From assembly GCA_022709405.1 (NCBI GenBank), contig JAKLIV010000005.1:1-58132 (forward strand): 58,132 nucleotides of DNA. Reading direction: 5' to 3'. The notes under the pieces are model-generated. The model was not told where the DNA came from and made no database searches. It was given only the letters and a program-made list of their open reading frames with translations. The position numbers were made by a program, and so were the translations under genes. Positions within the stretch are counted from its first letter, which is position 1, and the number at the start of each line of letters is the position of its first letter. Below are positions 56,860 through 58,132 of this stretch, in pieces. This stretch comes from Spirochaetota bacterium. Its GTDB lineage: Bacteria > Spirochaetota > UBA4802 > UBA5550.

Positions 56860-58085
56860 TTCTGCTCCGGGCCTATAAACTCCTTGTGAAGGGCTTTCAC
56901 CGCGAGCTCGGCGTACATGCTGTCTATGACGCATGAAATGCCGATTTCGGAAGTGGATATCATCTCGATATTGATGCCATGCTCCGACATGATACTGAAA
57001 ATCTTTCCAGCCACGCCATAGGCGGACAACATGCCGACGCCTACAGCTGAAACGATCGCGATGTCCTCTTTGGACTGAACTCCCCCTGCTTTGAAGTCCT
57101 TGTTGATGGATTCGCACAGGTCCATGGCTTTCTTGAAGTCGCTCTTTCTGACTGTGATTGAAATTGAAGCGAGTTTGTCCTTCCCGGTTGACTGCACGAT
57201 CATGTTGACGTATATCTTGTTCTGGCCGAAAATATCGAATATCTTCGCGGCAATACCCGGTCGATCGGGGATGTCTCTTATCGTGATCATCGATTCATCC
57301 ATCTTGGATGTTATGCCGCTAATTACGAATTTTTCCATCATTTCCTCCCTGGGCATTACTATTGTCCCTTCTTCATAGTTGAAACTCGACCTCACGTGAA
57401 GCCGAATGTTGTATTTCTTCGAAAACTCCACTGATCGGGAATGGAGCACTCCGGCCCCGAGCCTCGCCAGTTCGAGCATTTCATCGTAGCTTATCTCTTT
57501 CAGCTTCCTGGTGTTCGGCACCACCCGCGGGTCAGCGGTGAACACGCCGTCAACATCGGTGTATATCTCGCAGTCCCTCGTTTTCAGCACCGCAGCGAGC
57601 GCGGCGGCTGAAGTGTCCGATCCGCCCCTGCCCAGCGTGGTTATGTTTTCATCGCTGTCTATCCCCTGGAATCCCGCAACGATCACGACCTTGTTGTTCT
57701 TCAACGAATTCATGATCTTTTCGGTGGAGATGCTTTCAATCTTCGCATTGCTGAAATTGCCGTCGGTGATGAGCTTTATCTGCGAGCCGGTATACGAGAT
57801 CGCGTCGATTCCGATCTCATGCAGCGCCATGGCAAGGAGCGCTATGGTCACCTGCTCTCCCGTCGAGAGAAGCATGTCCAGCTCCCGCTTGTCAGGCTGC
57901 AGGGATATTTCATTTGCCAGGGCAATCAGGGTGTCGGTCGTTTTTCCCATGGCCGAAACCACGACCACCACCGAATACCCCTTATCAATATATTTCTTGA
58001 TCCTCTGGGCCACAGACTTGATCCTTTCAGAGGTTCCAACCGAGGTACCGCCATATTTCTGCACAATTATCTTCATTTCTGCCAT
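56856..58085 (-). CDS. lysC: Aspartate kinase (two C-terminal ACT domains)
   Basis: IVQKYGGTSVGTSERI...VVVVSAMGKTTD...TTLGRGGSDTSA, plus a C-terminal ACT pair. Confidence 0.95.
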   Translation of the reverse strand: MAEMKIIVQKYGGTSVGTSERIKSVAQRIKKYIDKGYSVVVVVSAMGKTTDTLIALANEISLQPDKRELDMLLSTGEQVTIALLAMALHEIGIDAISYTGSQIKLITDGNFSNAKIESISTEKIMNSLKNNKVVIVAGFQGIDSDENITTLGRGGSDTSAAALAAVLKTRDCEIYTDVDGVFTADPRVVPNTRKLKEISYDEMLELARLGAGVLHSRSVEFSKKYNIRLHVRSSFNYEEGTIVMPREEMMEKFVISGITSKMDESMITIRDIPDRPGIAAKIFDIFGQNKIYVNMIVQSTGKDKLASISITVRKSDFKKAMDLCESINKDFKAGGVQSKEDIAIVSAVGVGMLSAYGVAGKIFSIMSEHGINIEMISTSEIGISCVIDSMYAELAVKALHKEFIGPEQK

Positions 58086-58132
58086 ATTCTGAAACCCTTG
58101 CTTATTTAATTCCTGCCAGGAACATTTCCTGG

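Noticed and set aside
56860-57117. An 86-codon 5' extension of the ddl ORF in the track (start at 57117).
   Set aside because: It lies entirely inside lysC in another frame and translates to an Arg/His-rich string. The conserved Ddl N-terminus (MMLTVGVLYGGRSGEH) begins at the ATG overlapping the lysC stop.

Overview
The window is a gene-dense chromosomal segment, very probably from a member of the Spirochaetota. Supporting this are two tandem FlaA flagellar-sheath paralogs, CheX, a roughly 900-aa GreA with the spirochaete-type N-terminal extension, and a LipL45/FecR-like lipoprotein. Its metabolism looks anaerobe-like: an rnfCDGEA cluster, a PPi-type phosphofructokinase and ThyX. I support about 55 coding genes, one tRNA-Leu(CAG), several intrinsic terminators, a CIRCE operator in front of groES-groEL, a perfect palindromic operator in front of a TetR gene, and a sigma-28-like promoter in front of flaA. 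Most of the window is housekeeping: Rnf, thyX, pfp, greA, metF, lepB, dapF, cell-wall enzymes, groESL, moaC, pssA, ddl and lysC. I saw no transposase, integrase, CRISPR array or rRNA. The accessory-looking part lies between about 35.4 and 49.9 kb. It holds a methyltransferase next to a 7TM-GAF kinase, then a four-gene two-component cluster, then a tightly coupled five-gene operon at 46043-49903. That operon encodes a GHKL ATPase with a STAS-like N-terminus, a STAS-like/winged-helix protein, and three proteins I cannot assign (one cytosolic, one tail-anchored, one exported). It is my best candidate for an undescribed system, but the function is inference only. Other points worth a second look: the Rnf operon has no rnfB and instead carries a translationally coupled small Cys-rich ORF. 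The last PAS domain of a 1044-aa kinase carries an NreB-like CxxC-x7-CxxC cluster. An ADP-ribosylglycohydrolase-fold protein and a phosphomannomutase-like domain have both lost their metal-binding Asp motifs. All calls come from reading the supplied translations and the DNA by eye; no database search was run.
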